Source: Chromera velia (Eukaryota). Taken from it: 58,177 bases of DNA. The notes under the pieces are model-generated. The model did not search any database and was not told the DNA's origin. It saw nothing but the letters and a program-made list of their open reading frames with translations. This document shows positions 11,823-35,299 of the stretch, piece by piece. Location: the NCBI GenBank assembly GCA_018398765.1, contig JAHBMJ010000087.1, forward strand, positions 1-58,177, written 5' to 3'. How positions within the stretch are numbered: the first letter of the stretch is position 1; each line of letters opens with the position of its first letter. The position numbers and the translations under genes were made by a program.

Positions 11823-12669
11823 CAGGTTTTCCCCCTGTTGTCCTCCCTCTCCAAATCTGGGCAGGAATGCGAAGGGACCCCTTCTGGAGGGAAGAGAGGA
11901 GGTTCTCTTGCTCTGTGGGTCCTTTCTGCGTGTAAGGAGGAAGAGAAGAACCCCCTGTTGTCACGCCTCAAGGTGATGCTCGTACGAGAGCTGCAGGCAT
12001 ATAAACAGACAAACAGACTATATCTTTCTTCTTCTCTCTTCTTTTTTTCATGAACACAACAAACAAAAAGAAAGAAAACAACAAAGACGAAAGAACAGCA
12101 TGGAAGAGAGGAGGTTCTGTCACTATTTGCAGGGATCTTCTCGACGCTCCACAAACTCTCTGGGTGTATTTGCTGGTACAGGGGACCCTCTTGGGCTTGG
12201 CCCCTGCGGTTTTTTTGACTGTCCTTCCTAAATTGCGCCTCTGTCGCTGCAGAGGAAGAAAGAATACCAATCGGCTGAATATAAACGACCACACCGACTC
12301 AGGTATCACAGCCTTCATGAAAGAAGAAACGCCAATCAAGTCAGGCAGAAACTTGTTCTGTCATTCTATAGTAATTCTTCCAGTGGCTCTCTCTTTTCAA
12401 CACGCCAATCGACTTACGTGCTGTTTATGCTCGGCGCCTCTTCGTTCTGCTGTCTACACACGAACAAGAGAAAGGAGAGAAGTCGATCAACTCAGAGTAG
12501 GAAGACTTGAGACGTCGAGCGGAGGAAGCTTAAACAGATGGACTCGTAAATAGACGATGAAAGAAGCAACAAGATCAAATAGAAGTGAGAAAACTCATTA
12601 TACTAAAGAAGTGAGAAAATCAGGAACGGAAAGAGTCTACGATGTATTCTTCTCTTAGAATAAAGACTG

Positions 12670-13215
12670 AATCAATCCATTGGCCATACAGTCAAAGACC
12701 AATGGAGAATGCCAGAACGCATCCAACCAAACGATCACTGAATCAACCACCGCATCCGAGACTCAACCCCGCCTAATGTCTCTCCCAGGTGGACAAACCC
12801 ATGCAGGTCTTCCCACCCACGGTGACCCTAAGCTGGGCCAAAAGCTAAAACCGGCAGCCGCGTGCAGTCTCGGAGAGTTGAAGATTCACGACTGATTTTA
12901 AACGAATACAGTAACTCACACCCGCATACACGCAGACAAGACACGCAGACAAGAAGAAAAGAAGACTATGTATAGATAGGAAGAATTCCTACAGTGATTC
13001 GGTAAGACGCGAAATATACTTGCATCACGGTTATATGGATACCCGAAGGAAGACTTAGTATGGCTATTGCTTGTATAGATCTGTTGCCTGCTCACTTACT
13101 CCATGAAAACACACGTTACAATTCCTCGTCAGATGTATAAACGACCACACCGACTCGGGTATATTGTCATAACAGCCTTCGCGAAGGAAAAAACGCTAAT
13201 TGAGTCAGGCAGTCT
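12670..13215 (+). repeat. Dispersed ~550-bp repeat, copy A
   Basis: Colinear with 17205-17722 (shared core CTGGGCCAAAAGCTRAAACCGGCAGCCGCGTGCAGTCTC); partial copies at 12280-12348 and 16834-16885. Confidence 0.85.
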
Positions 13216-13901
13216 GCGAAACTAAAAAGTGAATGTCTTTCAGACAAGTAAGCAAAAAAAGACTGCAAGTCAATCTGACCTTGACCGGGGGACGGATCTT
13301 TCGAGTTGTCCATTGTCCTGCATGGAGAGCCTGAGAGAGTGAATGTATATGAAGTAGTACAATAACTCTCAAATCAATAAAGTGGCCCGACCGAACTACT
13401 GTGCTCCTGTTTTCTCACTTCAGACAGACAACAGACCATGCAGCGGAGAAAAAAAGAAGAGGTGATTGACATAAAAAAAGAAACCCTGGACGTGTAAGGG
13501 TGTACACAAAAGGACCTTTGCAGAAGAGTCCAAACACAAATTGCATGATCCTAGACCAAATCTAATTCACTCCCCAAGCAAATTAAGCGATTCGATAGAC
13601 AGATTAGGAGACAGAGCATCAAACAAACGAGATCTAAAATAAAAAATCACCAAATCTTTATCTCTTTCTCTCTCCTTACTTTCCTCTCGTCATGCCTAAA
13701 AACATCTGTTTGAACAAGTTTTCACCCACCCAAGCAGGAGGATGCCCCAATTAAAAGGGGCCAGAAGACGTCCTTGACTCAATCCAAGGAACGGGGAGGA
13801 ACCTAGGACCAGGCACCCCCGCTCCCATGAAATTATCAGAGAAGGGACCCCTCAGAGGTGCGTCAACCTGGGAAGAGCCACTTGGGAGACACAAACACAA
13901 A

Positions 13902-14269
13902 GTTTAACACAATCATCCACAAACCCATATTAATGCACATGTATATATATATATACACCCACACAACCACATACACAGGCATTCATACACACACTCACAC
14001 AGGCATTCAGAATACAATCATACATGTATTCATAAACGCACACAAACACGCACCCACGCGCGCAGTTATGCACGCTCTCATACACACATACACATACGCA
14101 CAGTGACTTATACACGCAAATACATGCATTTACACAACGACAGCTAGGCTTGTATATACACTCGCAGGCATACACATACATACATATACACACACATATA
14201 TACATACACACATACACACACACACACACACATACACATACACACACACACACACATACACACACACAC

Positions 14270-14312
<43 letters not shown>

Positions 14313-15518
14313 TACACACATACAGACACATATGCATACGCTTACATAGACCGGCAAAAGCACACTCAGACGTTCGCGCGCACATACAAAAAACACCCTC
14401 CCCCCGCACACATGCACCTATCCACCTGCTTCTCCCACTTGCTCACTCACTCAAGTACCCCCCCTTTGTATTTTCTTTCTCTCTCTCTATACATATCCTT
14501 CCTTGACGTGTTTCCACTTTAGAGTTTGCTTTTAAGACTGACTGGGTAGGTTGGATAGAAGTCCCGGATGCCCGGGTGGTCGACAGTGGTTGAACTGCGC
14601 TTGTCTTGTCTATCAACCTCATCTGGCTCTCGTCACAACTCAAGCCAAGAAGAGGGAGGCCACCCGGTTTCATACCTCCTCCCTGCTCTCCTTGTGAACT
14701 TCAAGCAGAAGCAGAAGCGGAGGGTCCTGCTGTGAAGGGAAAGATCCCCACGCCCCCAGATGCCCCTCGGTGCCCGATGCGGACTTCCGACAAGCTGTCC
14801 GTCGGGCACAGAGGAGGCTGCTGCAGAAGCGTGGGGCTGTTGAACAATCAACTGTTGCTACTGGGGGTCAAAGACATATAGAGGTTGTCCTCGTTTGTCT
14901 GGCTATGCACTCTGCGTGCGTTGCTAGTTCAAGGATCCACCCACCAACATGCCCACTGACTTACCAACGTCTAATGATTTGAATTTCCTTTCACCTACCC
15001 CGTTGTGTCATCTAAAAAATAAATGAAAGAGACGGATAAAAACAGATAGACACAGGACAGAAATGCACAGAGGAACGCGAAACAGAAAGCAAGAGCTACC
15101 TGGAGACTCTCTAGCTCTCCTACTCTCCCCTAGCTTCTCCCTCTCTCTGNGTTTAACACAATCATCCACAAACCCATATTAATGCACATGTATATATATA
15201 TATACACCCACACAACCACATACACAGGCATTCATACACACACTCACACAGGCATTCAGAATACAATCATACATGTATTCATAAACGCACACAAACACGC
15301 ACCCACGCGCGCAGTTATGCACGCTCTCATACACACATACACATACGCACAGTGACTTATACACGCAAATACATGCATTTACACAACGACAGCTAGGCTT
15401 GTATATACACTCGCAGGCATACACATACATACATATACACACACATATATACATACACACATACACACACACACACACACATACACATACACACACACAC
15501 ACACATACACACACACAC

Positions 15519-15561
<43 letters not shown>

Positions 15562-16398
15562 TACACACATACAGACACATATGCATACGCTTACATAGAC
15601 CGGCAAAAGCACACTCAGACGTTCGCGCGCACATACAAAAAACACCCTCCCCCCGCACACATGCACCTATCCACCTGCTTCTCCCACTTGCTCACTCACT
15701 CAAGTACCCCCCCTTTGTATTTTCTTTCTCTCTCTCTATACATATCCTTCCTTGACGTGTTTCCACTTTAGAGTTTGCTTTTAAGACTGACTGGGTAGGT
15801 TGGATAGAAGTCCCGGATGCCCGGGTGGTCGACAGTGGTTGAACTGCGCTTGTCTTGTCTATCAACCTCATCTGGCTCTCGTCACAACTCAAGCCAAGAA
15901 GAGGGAGGCCACCCGGTTTCATACCTCCTCCCTGCTCTCCTTGTGAACTTCAAGCAGAAGCAGAAGCGGAGGGTCCTGCTGTGAAGGGAAAGATCCCCAC
16001 GCCCCCAGATGCCCCTCGGTGCCCGATGCGGACTTCCGACAAGCTGTCCGTCGGGCACAGAGGAGGCTGCTGCAGAAGCGTGGGGCTGTTGAACAATCAA
16101 CTGTTGCTACTGGGGGTCAAAGACATATAGAGGTTGTCCTCGTTTGTCTGGCTATGCACTCTGCGTGCGTTGCTAGTTCAAGGATCCACCCACCAACATG
16201 CCCACTGACTTACCAACGTCTAATGATTTGAATTTCCTTTCACCTACCCCGTTGTGTCATCTAAAAAATAAATGAAAGAGACGGATAAAAACAGATAGAC
16301 ACAGGACAGAAATGCACAGAGGAACGCGAAACAGAAAGCAAGAGCTACCTGGAGACTCTCTAGCTCTCCTACTCTCCCCTAGCTTCTCCCTCTCTCTG
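13902..16398 (+). repeat. Apparently exact 1248-bp tandem duplication (13902-15149 and 15151-16398) separated by one N; probable assembly artefact
   Basis: The two copies look identical, including microsatellite lengths, at offset 1249; a single N sits at 15150. Confidence 0.9.
14500..14877 (-). pseudogene. Exon-like reading frame with two in-frame TGA (repeated at 15749-16126)
   Basis: MSLTPSSNS*LFNSPTLLQQ...SASASA*SSQGEQGGGMKPGG...KVETRQ runs about 125 codons in one frame. Confidence 0.3.
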
Positions 16399-17204
16399 TG
16401 GATACGTTTCTATCTCACAATTCTAACCGATCAGTCCTGCTTCAACCGGCCTTCTACCATGGGAGTTTCGTCCGCCAAGTGAGATGGGGTGGAAGCGAGT
16501 GAGAACTCTAGGGAAAAGGAACAGAAAATACAAATATGTAGCAACTAATTCATCTACGAGTGGAATTCCACCATGCATAGGAGTTTTGTCCTGCATGAGA
16601 AGGGGGACCTGCAAGGAGCATTTCGAACACCAAAAAGAGAAACACAAAGAGAGAGAGATGAACAGGTTTATGGACATGAATACAACAAAGAAAAGAATGA
16701 AGAGAAGGAGGGGCCACTTGCGACGATGAACTCAAAAATGAGGGATCACATTCGTTGAGTCAATACGAAGACAAGAAACAGAGAGGGTCTGCATGCTTTT
16801 CACCTCTCCTGCAGGGGGAAGGAAGACTAATTAAATCGGTCCATTGGCCATGAAGTTAAAGACCGATGAAGAACATGGACAACCAGTCAGTTAAGGAGCA
16901 AAATGAATCGAAGATCTGTCACCCTTGAATTGATATCATTATGACTCTCTCGATCTAGATGCAGATGTACTTACATCGCTCCAACTGCGGCTTGCTGTTA
17001 TTGCTGTTGCTGTTACATCCTGCATGCACGAACAAGGGACACGGGATAATCAAAGGAAATTAACTGAAAGAACTAGAGACTGAGAACGGAAGGAAGGTTG
17101 AATGAGGGGATTTTTAAATAGACGATTGAATAAGGAATGAATCCAAATTTGAGGGAAAACACTAAACGACGGGACAAGAAATGGAGTTTTATTACTCTTT
17201 TTAA

Positions 17205-17722
17205 ATCGATCTATTGGCCATGCAGTCAAAGACCGATGGTGCATGTCCAACCAAACGATTACTGAATCAACCACTGCATCTAAAACTCCACCTCGACTAG
17301 TATTCTGGGTGGACAAACCCAGGTCTCTCCCGCCCACCCCAGGCTGGGCCAAAAGCTGAAACCGGCAGCCGCGTGCAGTCTCTGAGAGTCGAAGATTCAC
17401 GACTGACTTTAAACAAACACTCACACGCGTGCACATACATGCACACGAAGATAAGACATGCAAACAAGAAGAAAGGGAGACTATGCATAGTCTAAGATAG
17501 AAAGACTTCCTACAGTGCTTCACTGGATGCACAAAATGCAAACTACACGATTCGGAACACTAAAGAAAGTATAGCCATTGATTGTATGGATCTGTTGCCT
17601 GCTCAGTTCACCGCCAAAAGCACACGTTACATTCAATCCTCATCTGGTGTCACCACACCGACTTGGCCGTTTGTAACAACAGTCGTGGAGACTCGTGAGA
17701 AAAAAAAATCTTGAGCCAGGCG
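17205..17722 (+). repeat. Dispersed ~520-bp repeat, copy B
   Basis: Diverged direct copy of 12670-13215. Confidence 0.85.
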
Positions 17723-18012
17723 GTCGCGTATCATGCACTTTTCCTCTCATTCAAAAAAATTTAATGGCCTTTTCTTGAAGGAATAGACCTCCCATCTACT
17801 TCTTTGTCTCTGTGTTTTGCGCTACACATAGAGGTAAAGACGCTTGATACTGTCTTTGGGAATGAAAAAAACAATAAAGAAAAAGACAGGGAGAGGGAGA
17901 AGAGGACAGGATGGGTGCACATCCCACGAAAAAGACAGAGGAGAGAAGGAAAAATTATAGCCAAAATTTGAGACCACTGGACAGGCAAATCAAAAGGAAG
18001 GGATTTGTGACT

Positions 18013-18054
<42 letters not shown>

Positions 18055-18229
18055 GTCTCCCTCCCCCCCTCTCTCTCTCTCTCTCTTTCTCTTTCTCTCT
18101 CTCTCTTTCTCTCTCTCTCCCTGTCTCCTTCTCTCTCTCTGTCACACACACACACACACACACACATACATACACACACACACAGTGTCACACATACTCC
18201 TACAACATATGACATGTAACTATCAGTTA

Positions 18230-18690
18230 AAAATGGTGCCAATCGATTAGTTACGTTTGGTTACTCACAAAACTGGCTTCAAGATTGTTAAACAATTTAG
18301 GTTATGGTCAAAAATGATAAAAAATGATGTGTCACACTCACTTTGCCCCCAAACCCCCCGTAACCGGGTAATCCGTAATTAACCTTTTTTGACCCCCCTC
18401 AAAAATGAAGTAACCTCCCTCAAGAAGCATTCAAACGTATTCTAAACATCATTTTGAATGTTTTTAAAAGTTGAAAATTTGGTCGGTTACTGAGGTTAAA
18501 ATGCTTGTAACCGGGTAATCTGTAACCTCTTTGTGTGACAAAGATAAAAAGGGGGTAACCCAAAGTAACCACGTAGCCTACACTTCAAAAACATCAGATT
18601 TTGACGTAATTTAACCAAGCAGAGCTCCAAGTTGCCGGACTGGCTCGCAAAAATCTGTTTTTGTTCACATTTTATGTCATTCTGGGCTCA
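18230..18690 (-). mobile_element. AT-rich element with GTAACCGGGTAATCYGTAA repeats, related to 56545-57270
   Basis: Motif at ~18360 and ~18507; the reverse complement aligns in several blocks with 56545-56700 and 57190-57265. Confidence 0.5.
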
Positions 18691-20354
18691 AAATCTACCA
18701 TAACCTTCCAGAGTGCCCCCCCCTAGCCTTCGGGGGAGGTAGAGTGGGGTGGGGTCCCTTCTCTGGATGAGAGAAGCCGAAGAGGCAGCACCATGGCCAG
18801 ACCAAACAGGCCTCCTCCAGGATTCCCATTGAGGGCTGGGCGTGCTTTGGATAGCAATGCTGGGAGGAAGAATGAGGAAGGGAATCAAATTCCTGTAGAC
18901 TCTTTCCTCGATCACTTCATGATTTTGTTTCCCTGACTGCCATTCTTCCTCTTCATTTTTCTTAGGCATTTGCTCTTCCCCTTCATTCTCTACTCCTTGC
19001 AGCTGCTGCTGCAACTTAAATTCCTGCAGTCTGAGAGACAGGGCCCTCTCCTCTCCATCGTTGTACCTCTTGAAAGAGCCTTCATGCTCTGCCCCCTCTT
19101 CTTCTCTCTGTGCCTCTCTTTGCATCCGTTCCGGGACGCGGCGGGAGGGACAGAAGAATCGGAGCGGCGCTTAGAATGAAAAGAGAGACTCAAACTGCGC
19201 CTGCCTCCCCCCTTCCCTGCCAGACTTCATGATTTTCTTCCCCTGACTGCCCTTCCTCCTCTTCATTTTCCTCAAGCATTAGGGGCGGGTGGAGGAGGGG
19301 GGCGATCGATTGAGGAGGACGCAAAGCGACGCAAAGAGAGGAGACACTTTCCCCCAAACGCTTAATTTCCTGCAAAATAAAAACCGCAGGCGAGTCATCA
19401 GATAGGACACTAAATCGACATGCATGGATCAATCAGGGGCCCATCTTTCGAGCTAGAACCAGTAAAAAACAATGTAGGTCCTTCCTCTCTGCAGTTGTCT
19501 GAGTGAAGAAATTCTGTCCGAAAGAAAAAGAGCGGATAGTAAGCAGAAAGCATGCATAAAAGTTTGAATGCATCGTTCTGCTCAACCAATTATAAAGCCT
19601 TCTCTCTCATGCATAGAGAGGCGGTGCCCCATGAATGCATAATCTGTCCTTCTGTCTGCATGCATGCTTATCTGTCAATTGAATGCCTTTTGTCATCTTC
19701 AACAACGTACGTTCAATATGAACAGTTTCTTACAGACTAGGTCTTTTGTTTTCACTTAATTGCAAAAAAGCTGACCGACCGAGGTCAATTAAATCAAAAG
19801 ACGTATGCAGACAGAAACCTGCCAGCATGATCGGCCAGAATCTCTAATAAGTCGGACAGCCTTTTCTTCTTCTGCCCCCCCCCCCCTCCGAGTTTTTCCA
19901 GCATCATCATGCAGTAACGGAGTCATGCAGCAGGAGGACGGTGACCGTGTGAGGGGAAGAAAGAGAAAAAAATGGAGGGAAGCGCGAAGAAATAAGCATG
20001 CATATGGACCGGGAGACAGAAGGGGGACAAGAGGGGGGCGGGAAGAGAGACAGAAAGATCAGAGTGAGCCCCTTAAAAAAAGACCACCCCTGATTCTTAC
20101 GATCCTATCCTGCTGCTTCTGACAAATCTACTTAGTCAAAGTCTTTTGCAGAGGGATGGAAATGTCCATATCTGTCTCCTGGTATGCCTTTGAATGCCTT
20201 TTTTTATACACTTTGTTCTCCAACTCTCGACATAGATGACGAGACCCTCTTTATGAGACTTTGTCCTTCATTGTTAATCATACACACGCACGAAAGAAAG
20301 CTGACTGACCAAAGTCAAAGGACAGGGAGGGTCCCGAAAGCGGAAAGTCACCTT

Positions 20355-20592
20355 TCAAGGACCAGGAGGGGAAGATGACAAACGTCGCTTGTTGGGCCTG
20401 AGTGGAGATCTGGGGGGGGCATTTGGATTCTACAGATGCAGAGACAGACAGGCCGATCAGTAGATGGTTGTATGCATATTGATTAGTACACACACTCAGA
20501 CGGAGATGCACACAAAGCTTGTCTGAAAAATGTGCTTTCTACAAATAGACAGACGGACACACAGATTGTATGGTCCAACGGACAGACAAACG

Positions 20593-20629
<37 letters not shown>

Positions 20630-20675
20630 ACACACACACACACATATATACATATACACACATACACACACACAC

Positions 20676-20721
<46 letters not shown>

Positions 20722-20759
20722 ACACACACATATAGACACATACATACACACACACACAT

Positions 20760-20791
<32 letters not shown>

Positions 20792-22390
20792 GTACACACA
20801 CATACCTGTTGGGTCCCCTCAAATTGTTTCTTCAAATCGTTCACGGAGAGCTCTTGGCTAGGCAGCGGCAGACAGTGAAAGACATACCAACATATTAGTC
20901 TTATTTTAAGGTTTGGTAGACTAAGTGACTCAAATGATATCAATGTTTTTCAATGAAGTGAAATATTATTATTTTATGATAGATTTAGGTTTTTTAGCAG
21001 GTTTCCAAACCTGGGGTAGCGAACGGGAGTTTTTTAAGTGAAATACCCCTCCATTTACGTACAGTTAAAAGACTTTTTTTATTTAAATAATATATTCAAA
21101 TGATAAAAAAGCATCATATTAGTAAGGTTTATCTCTGGTTTGGAGTTATATGTCTAGATTTATACTAGGTTTGAAGAGGTTTAAGTTTTTTGAAACTTCA
21201 GGTAGCAAACACGCCTAAATATATCTAAAAATAAACTTCTATGCATATAGAAGGTTAACAAATCACCAACAAAATGAAACAAAAAGATAACATATGGGAC
21301 TACAATTATTAAAAAATAAGTTTTATCTAATTTGAGGTCATAAAAATGAGGTTTTAAATAACTTTTCCCTTCTGAAGGAGGCTCGGAACCTACAGTTACT
21401 TAGGGTATAACACCTATTTTTTATACTGTTTTGAACGTTTTTTAGGTCTAAGACATCAAACAGGGAAGGATATGGAGCTGATTTTTGTACCAAACGGCTT
21501 GTAATAGTGGGTAGAATCGTTTTATGCAAAAAAAAGTTTTTCATTTTTGGCGGCATGCTAAAAACTTTAAGTTGTTGGGGAGGTTTGGGGGGTTTTCCCC
21601 CGAGCAAGGGGTGCAGAGGGTTATAACCCCCCGGTGGGGAGTTTGTGTGCAAGCGATTTTTTTCATTAAATTTTTTAAGGCCTAAAACGGACGTTTTTGC
21701 TTTATAAGGAAAAAACTGATTTTAAGGACATTTTGAGGTAAAAACTAGGGGTTCCATCGCCAATTTAGGATGAAAACCTCGAAAATTTGCCAAAAACGGA
21801 TGAAAAACATTTTTAAAAGTCCCATGAGGCAAGCTGTTTGCATTGTAAAAGTATCAAATAAAAATTTTTAAAGTGCTTAATGACTCTATAAACCATGTGT
21901 ATACAGATGATGAGGTTACCTGCAGGTTTAGAAAGGTTTGAATTTAAATTGTCCGTCTTTGTCATAAAAACTGTTTGAAAAAGAGTGTCGGACCATAGGC
22001 TCTCGGCCAACGGAGGGTGCCTCACTGCCCTTCGCCTCCTCTCTCTTTGTTTCTGCCTCAGCAGAAAGAGCATCGGTACTTTTTTTCCCCCCTTTTCTCC
22101 CTTTAGCACCCCCGTCTCCAGCACTAGACTTCGGTGCCGTGTCAGGGGCCGCTTTTGAATGACCGGGAAGGGAGGAGGAACGTCGCTCAATTGGGGATCT
22201 AGGGGGACCATTTGTATTCTGCAGATGCAGAGACAGGCAGGCCAATACGTGGATGGTTGTATGCATTGATTGGTGCACATACTCAGACGGAGATACACAC
22301 AAAGCTTGTCTGGAAAATGTGCCTTCTATAAACAGACAGACGGACACATAGATTGTATAGTCCGATCGACAGACGGACGGATGGATGGAT
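20355..22390 (+). repeat. Diverged ~240-bp direct duplication (20355-20600 and 22155-22390)
   Basis: Shared CAGATGCAGAGACAG...ACTCAGACGGAGAT...CACAAAGCTTGTCTG...AGACAGACGGACACA. Confidence 0.8.
20895..21990. mobile_element. AT-rich insertion, probable non-autonomous DNA transposon remnant
   Basis: Abrupt AT-rich block between two exon-like minus-strand frames, with a G/C-run core at 21578-21640; termini not identified. Confidence 0.4.
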
Positions 22391-25300
22391 ACACACATAC
22401 ATACACACACACATACACATATGCGGAAGGAAGGGAGGGGGAAGGAGATATAAACATATGTTGTCCCCCGATACAGTACCAGATCCCCCCTCTGAGTCCC
22501 CTTTATAACACCCGAGCAACATGAGTCCGAGCTTGGATCAGCATCAACATTTTTTGACCTCAGTACATGAGAAAGGAAGCTCAGATCTCATGCTACCCTC
22601 GCAGAGGTTCACAGGAGAGGGCAACAGGAGAGAGGGCGGACTCCTGTCTCCCTCTAACATTCCAAGCTGCAGTTAGAATTAAGAAAAAGAGAAAAGAAGG
22701 GAGGGGAAGGGAGGCAAGGTAATTAATTCATGTGGAAGTAGTTGATGCCGGAGGAAAACAGAGGGACCAAGGGAATCAGAAGAAGCTGGTAGGGAAGGTG
22801 AGAGATGAGTGGAGAACAAAGACCAAAAAAATAATTTCAAGAAGCCCTGGAGCACAAGCAGTATGCATGGCAGCAAAAAGCTAGGAGGTAGGGAGGGGAG
22901 GGAAGAATTGATAAAAAAAAAAGGAGCCAGGCAGAGAGAGAATGTCTAGCTCTTTTACGCTCGTCATGCACTCACTCACTCACTCACTCACTTACTCACT
23001 TACTGACGTCATATTAGTCTATACACTCTCCCGCACGTGGGCCGCTTCTTCTCGGTGACCTCTTAGATCTTTTCTGTCAAGGACTTCTCCTCCTTCCCGT
23101 TCTCTAACTTGCGCTTCTCGAACCAGTCATTCCCCTTTCTCACCAAACCGCTCTCGCCCTACCTCTTCCTTTCTCTGAACATCCATGCCGTCTCGTGCCT
23201 CTGCCCCTCTCTTTAAAATTCTCTCTCCCTCTTTTAGGAGGGCAGACTGCAGAAGAAAGGGCCACCCCCCGTGCCTCAGGTTTGAAGGCATATCTGCATG
23301 TATACACACATTTAAATAGAAAATTGAAGGCTGACTGGTGAGAGATCAGAAGGTTTATGCACAGAAAAGACAAACAGGCCAACAGATATACTGGTAGACG
23401 TAGGATACGTATGGAGTGACTGAGGTCCTCGCTCACTTTCTATTTTTTTCCGCCCGTCTTTTCCCATCACGTCTTTGTATGTCTCTCCATTCTAGTGTTC
23501 CCTCGTCTCTTCTTTTCTGCCCTCCCTCCTCCATTTGTCTTTGGTTGTTCCTTCTCTTTTCTTCTTCATTCTCTCTGAAAAGTCATCATGAACGGACATA
23601 CGGAAACGCATGATGGCATGAAAGTGAAAAAGTGGAGTAGCGGGAAACCGTTTCCCTTTTTTAATTGAAACACCCGTTAATTCAGAGACAAAGCAGAAAA
23701 AGGGGGGGCACCGGGGGCTGGGGGAAGGATTCCGAAGAGAAGGGTGGAAAGGAAGGAGGGAAGTCATGTCTGAAGGAAGGAAGGGAGGGCAGGCAGAGAC
23801 GAAGTACGGAAGGCAAAGTAGGATGTGGTGGCCGGGGTTATAGGAAAGGAGACGGGGAGGCAAACAGACAGGCAGGTATAAATGCTACTCAAACTTTAAA
23901 AAAGGAGCCAACGGTGCAGACAGTGATGCAAAAATGCAGATGCGCAAGAGGAAGGGCGATAAAGGCTGACCACTACAGTTCCATGGATCGCGGAGGCACT
24001 TCTCGATCCACGAGCACCACTGGATATGCTCCGTTGCAGATCGATAGAGAATTCATTCTTTCTCTATATATCTACTTTTTGGCGAAGTGCCTCCCATGTA
24101 TTGCGACCGACGTTCCTTTCATGGATTTCCCTTGACTTCCCATCCCCCCATCTTCCTCTAATCGCTTTCGCCGCTCATTCCGGTGGGGGCGGCTGGCGCT
24201 GGCAAACACAACCACGTCGATTGCCTCACACAGCCCGTTGTTCCGCGGAAGGATATCATGAATCACCTTTCCCTTCCTCTTCCAGGCAGCAGCTCCATAC
24301 CACTAGAAATCCCCTTTTCGCCTCGTAATACCCTCCGCTCTGTTGCTGTCACCCTGCTGAAGGTATCAAGATGCCTTCTTGTATTAATAGAAGCCGCCGA
24401 TACAGTTAAGTTCTGCTATTGTTTGAACTAAGTGTACAACAAGTCAAGCCGGTAGCTGGACAAAATCCTCCGGCCCGCAAGCCCTTGTGAATCCGATGCC
24501 CAATCAGGTTGTGTGATATACTGTGGCTGGAGATGGCTGAAGAATCAGAATAGATCAGACAATATATATCAGACATAATCTGACTAGTCAATGGTCATGG
24601 CTAATTTGAGGACGTATCTGAGTCAGCGCTATAGGTGTTAAATTTTCTTGCTTTGGGGACCGGTCCAATGGGGGATATGAAACCGTGCGGCGGGGACTGC
24701 GATGCTGCATGCGGGGGCCGCGGAGCATCCCAGCGCTCTGCAGCGCGTCGCGGGGGATTCAAAGTAGGGGAAATTATATTAATAAGTTTTCTTGTATCGA
24801 TCTGTACCGCACCGCAAAGCGGCTAGAAGTTGCGAAAAGTAACTAGAAGCATTTAAAAGCGGCTTCCTAAGCTTCTTTATAAATCCCCGCGGCAATTTCC
24901 GCCGGTAAAACTTTCACACACTTATCAAAGTATAGCAAAATCCTAGTAAAATCATTAGAAAATGCATGATGTTACTTCGACACGTTCTAATCAGAGTCCA
25001 ACAACATGTTAAGGCCTAGTTTTGACTCCAATAATAAAGAGCTAGGTTTTCAACTTTTTATTATAAAACGTCATTAAACAAACACAAAAAAAATGCTAAC
25101 ACTACCCAACACAGAAACGAAGAAGTTAGCTTCTCTGTATAAACTAGAGTATAAGTCAGATTTTCATTATGTTCAAGGGGCTAAGGGCTGTAAATTGAAA
25201 GTTAATGGACGCCGAAGGCGCTCTGCCACACATAGCTAAACAAACCAGAATAAAACGATAAGCAGCGTTTTGGCTATACTTAGTCAATCTCCCCACTCTA

Positions 25301-26153
25301 CCCCGCTCCAAACACTAGTCCAAACCATGCTGAACTCAGCTGCATAGAGGCATGCTAAGGCGCACAAAAGTGAACACAACAGTCGAACGTTAAATAGCCG
25401 TCTAAATAGCCGTCAAGTCTGGCATATAGAGCTTTCATTGGCACTGCGTGTTTCACCTGGGAATCACTCCTTGCTTTGGCACAGATACCGCGATACAAAT
25501 TAAACCCTAGATTGTACCTCCATGTGATGCATGGGAATAATCTAGCGCTAGATCTAGCGGGTAATGCACAAAAGAGTTTACAACTTGAAGAAAGAACGAC
25601 AATCGTAAATGAAAGACCAAACAGACCTACCTATGCAGCATGCAGCCAGTACTCGGATGAGCGGCGATGAGTGCCAGTGCGGAACTGCCACATAATTATT
25701 TGTACTGAAATATTGTACATAATAAAGTACAATGAACCCAAGTTACTATATTAGCTGGCTAGCCCATTGCAGTGAAACAAAGTACATACCTACGTGCATG
25801 CATGTGCATATGAATGCTTAATGTTAAAGTGAGGGCTGGAATCAAGACCCACAGAAGAAAAAAAGAGAATGACACGTTTTCAATTCATCGTTTGCGCTCT
25901 AGGAGCGCTCCCCTTGTAAATGAGACGAAATAGTAAAACGGGTCAGGTAGAGAGAAGAAGAGAATATAACACAATGGAAAGACACGGGACACGCTCTGGC
26001 TCTCCCAAATGGGAAGCACTCTTAATTAACTCATCATGACGTCACTTGATTGACGCCTTCAGCCATTTTTTGCCAGTGACAAAGACATTCGCTGCACGTT
26101 TGACTGTCTCTCTTTTCTCTTCCAGTAGAAATCCTAAAAGCAGGCTCATCGAG

Positions 26154-34995
<8,842 letters not shown>

Positions 34996-35299
34996 GTTCG
35001 ACTCACAGTCGGGCTTGGGGACTTCAATGGAACAAAAGAAACACAGAGAATCGGATTTGAACGTCAGGTGTTGCCGACACAAAAGTGATTGTATATATGT
35101 CAACAAACAACACCAAAAGCGTTGAAGAGTCGATCGACGAGACTTCCTCTCTTCCACCGGACGTCACCCAGGAATTGATGGCATCTTTGAAGGACCCAGC
35201 AATGTCCAGAAACCAGCTGTAAGTATATCGATATGAGGCATGGTATGTATCGATCTAAAAAGTGACGTTAGCTTTATACAGTACGCACAGAAAAGCGCG

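Larger units (their letters stand above)
18688..23166 (-). pseudogene. Fragmented pseudogene exons encoding E/Q/G-rich low-complexity protein
   Basis: Exon-like frames at ~23004-23166 (in-frame TGA and TAG, followed by GTAAGT), 21990-22218, 20806-20895, 19190-19369 and 18688-19125. Duplicated peptide: MLEENEEEEGQSGEENHEV / MPKKNEEEEWQSGKQNHEV. Confidence 0.35.

Noticed and set aside
13902..16398. Recent tandem segmental duplication
   Set aside because: The copies look identical even in microsatellite length and are separated by a single N, typical of unmerged overlapping contig ends. Read depth would confirm.
20998..21020. hAT-like terminal repeat CAGGTTTCCAAACCTGGGG
   Set aside because: No matching inverted partner or target-site duplication found.
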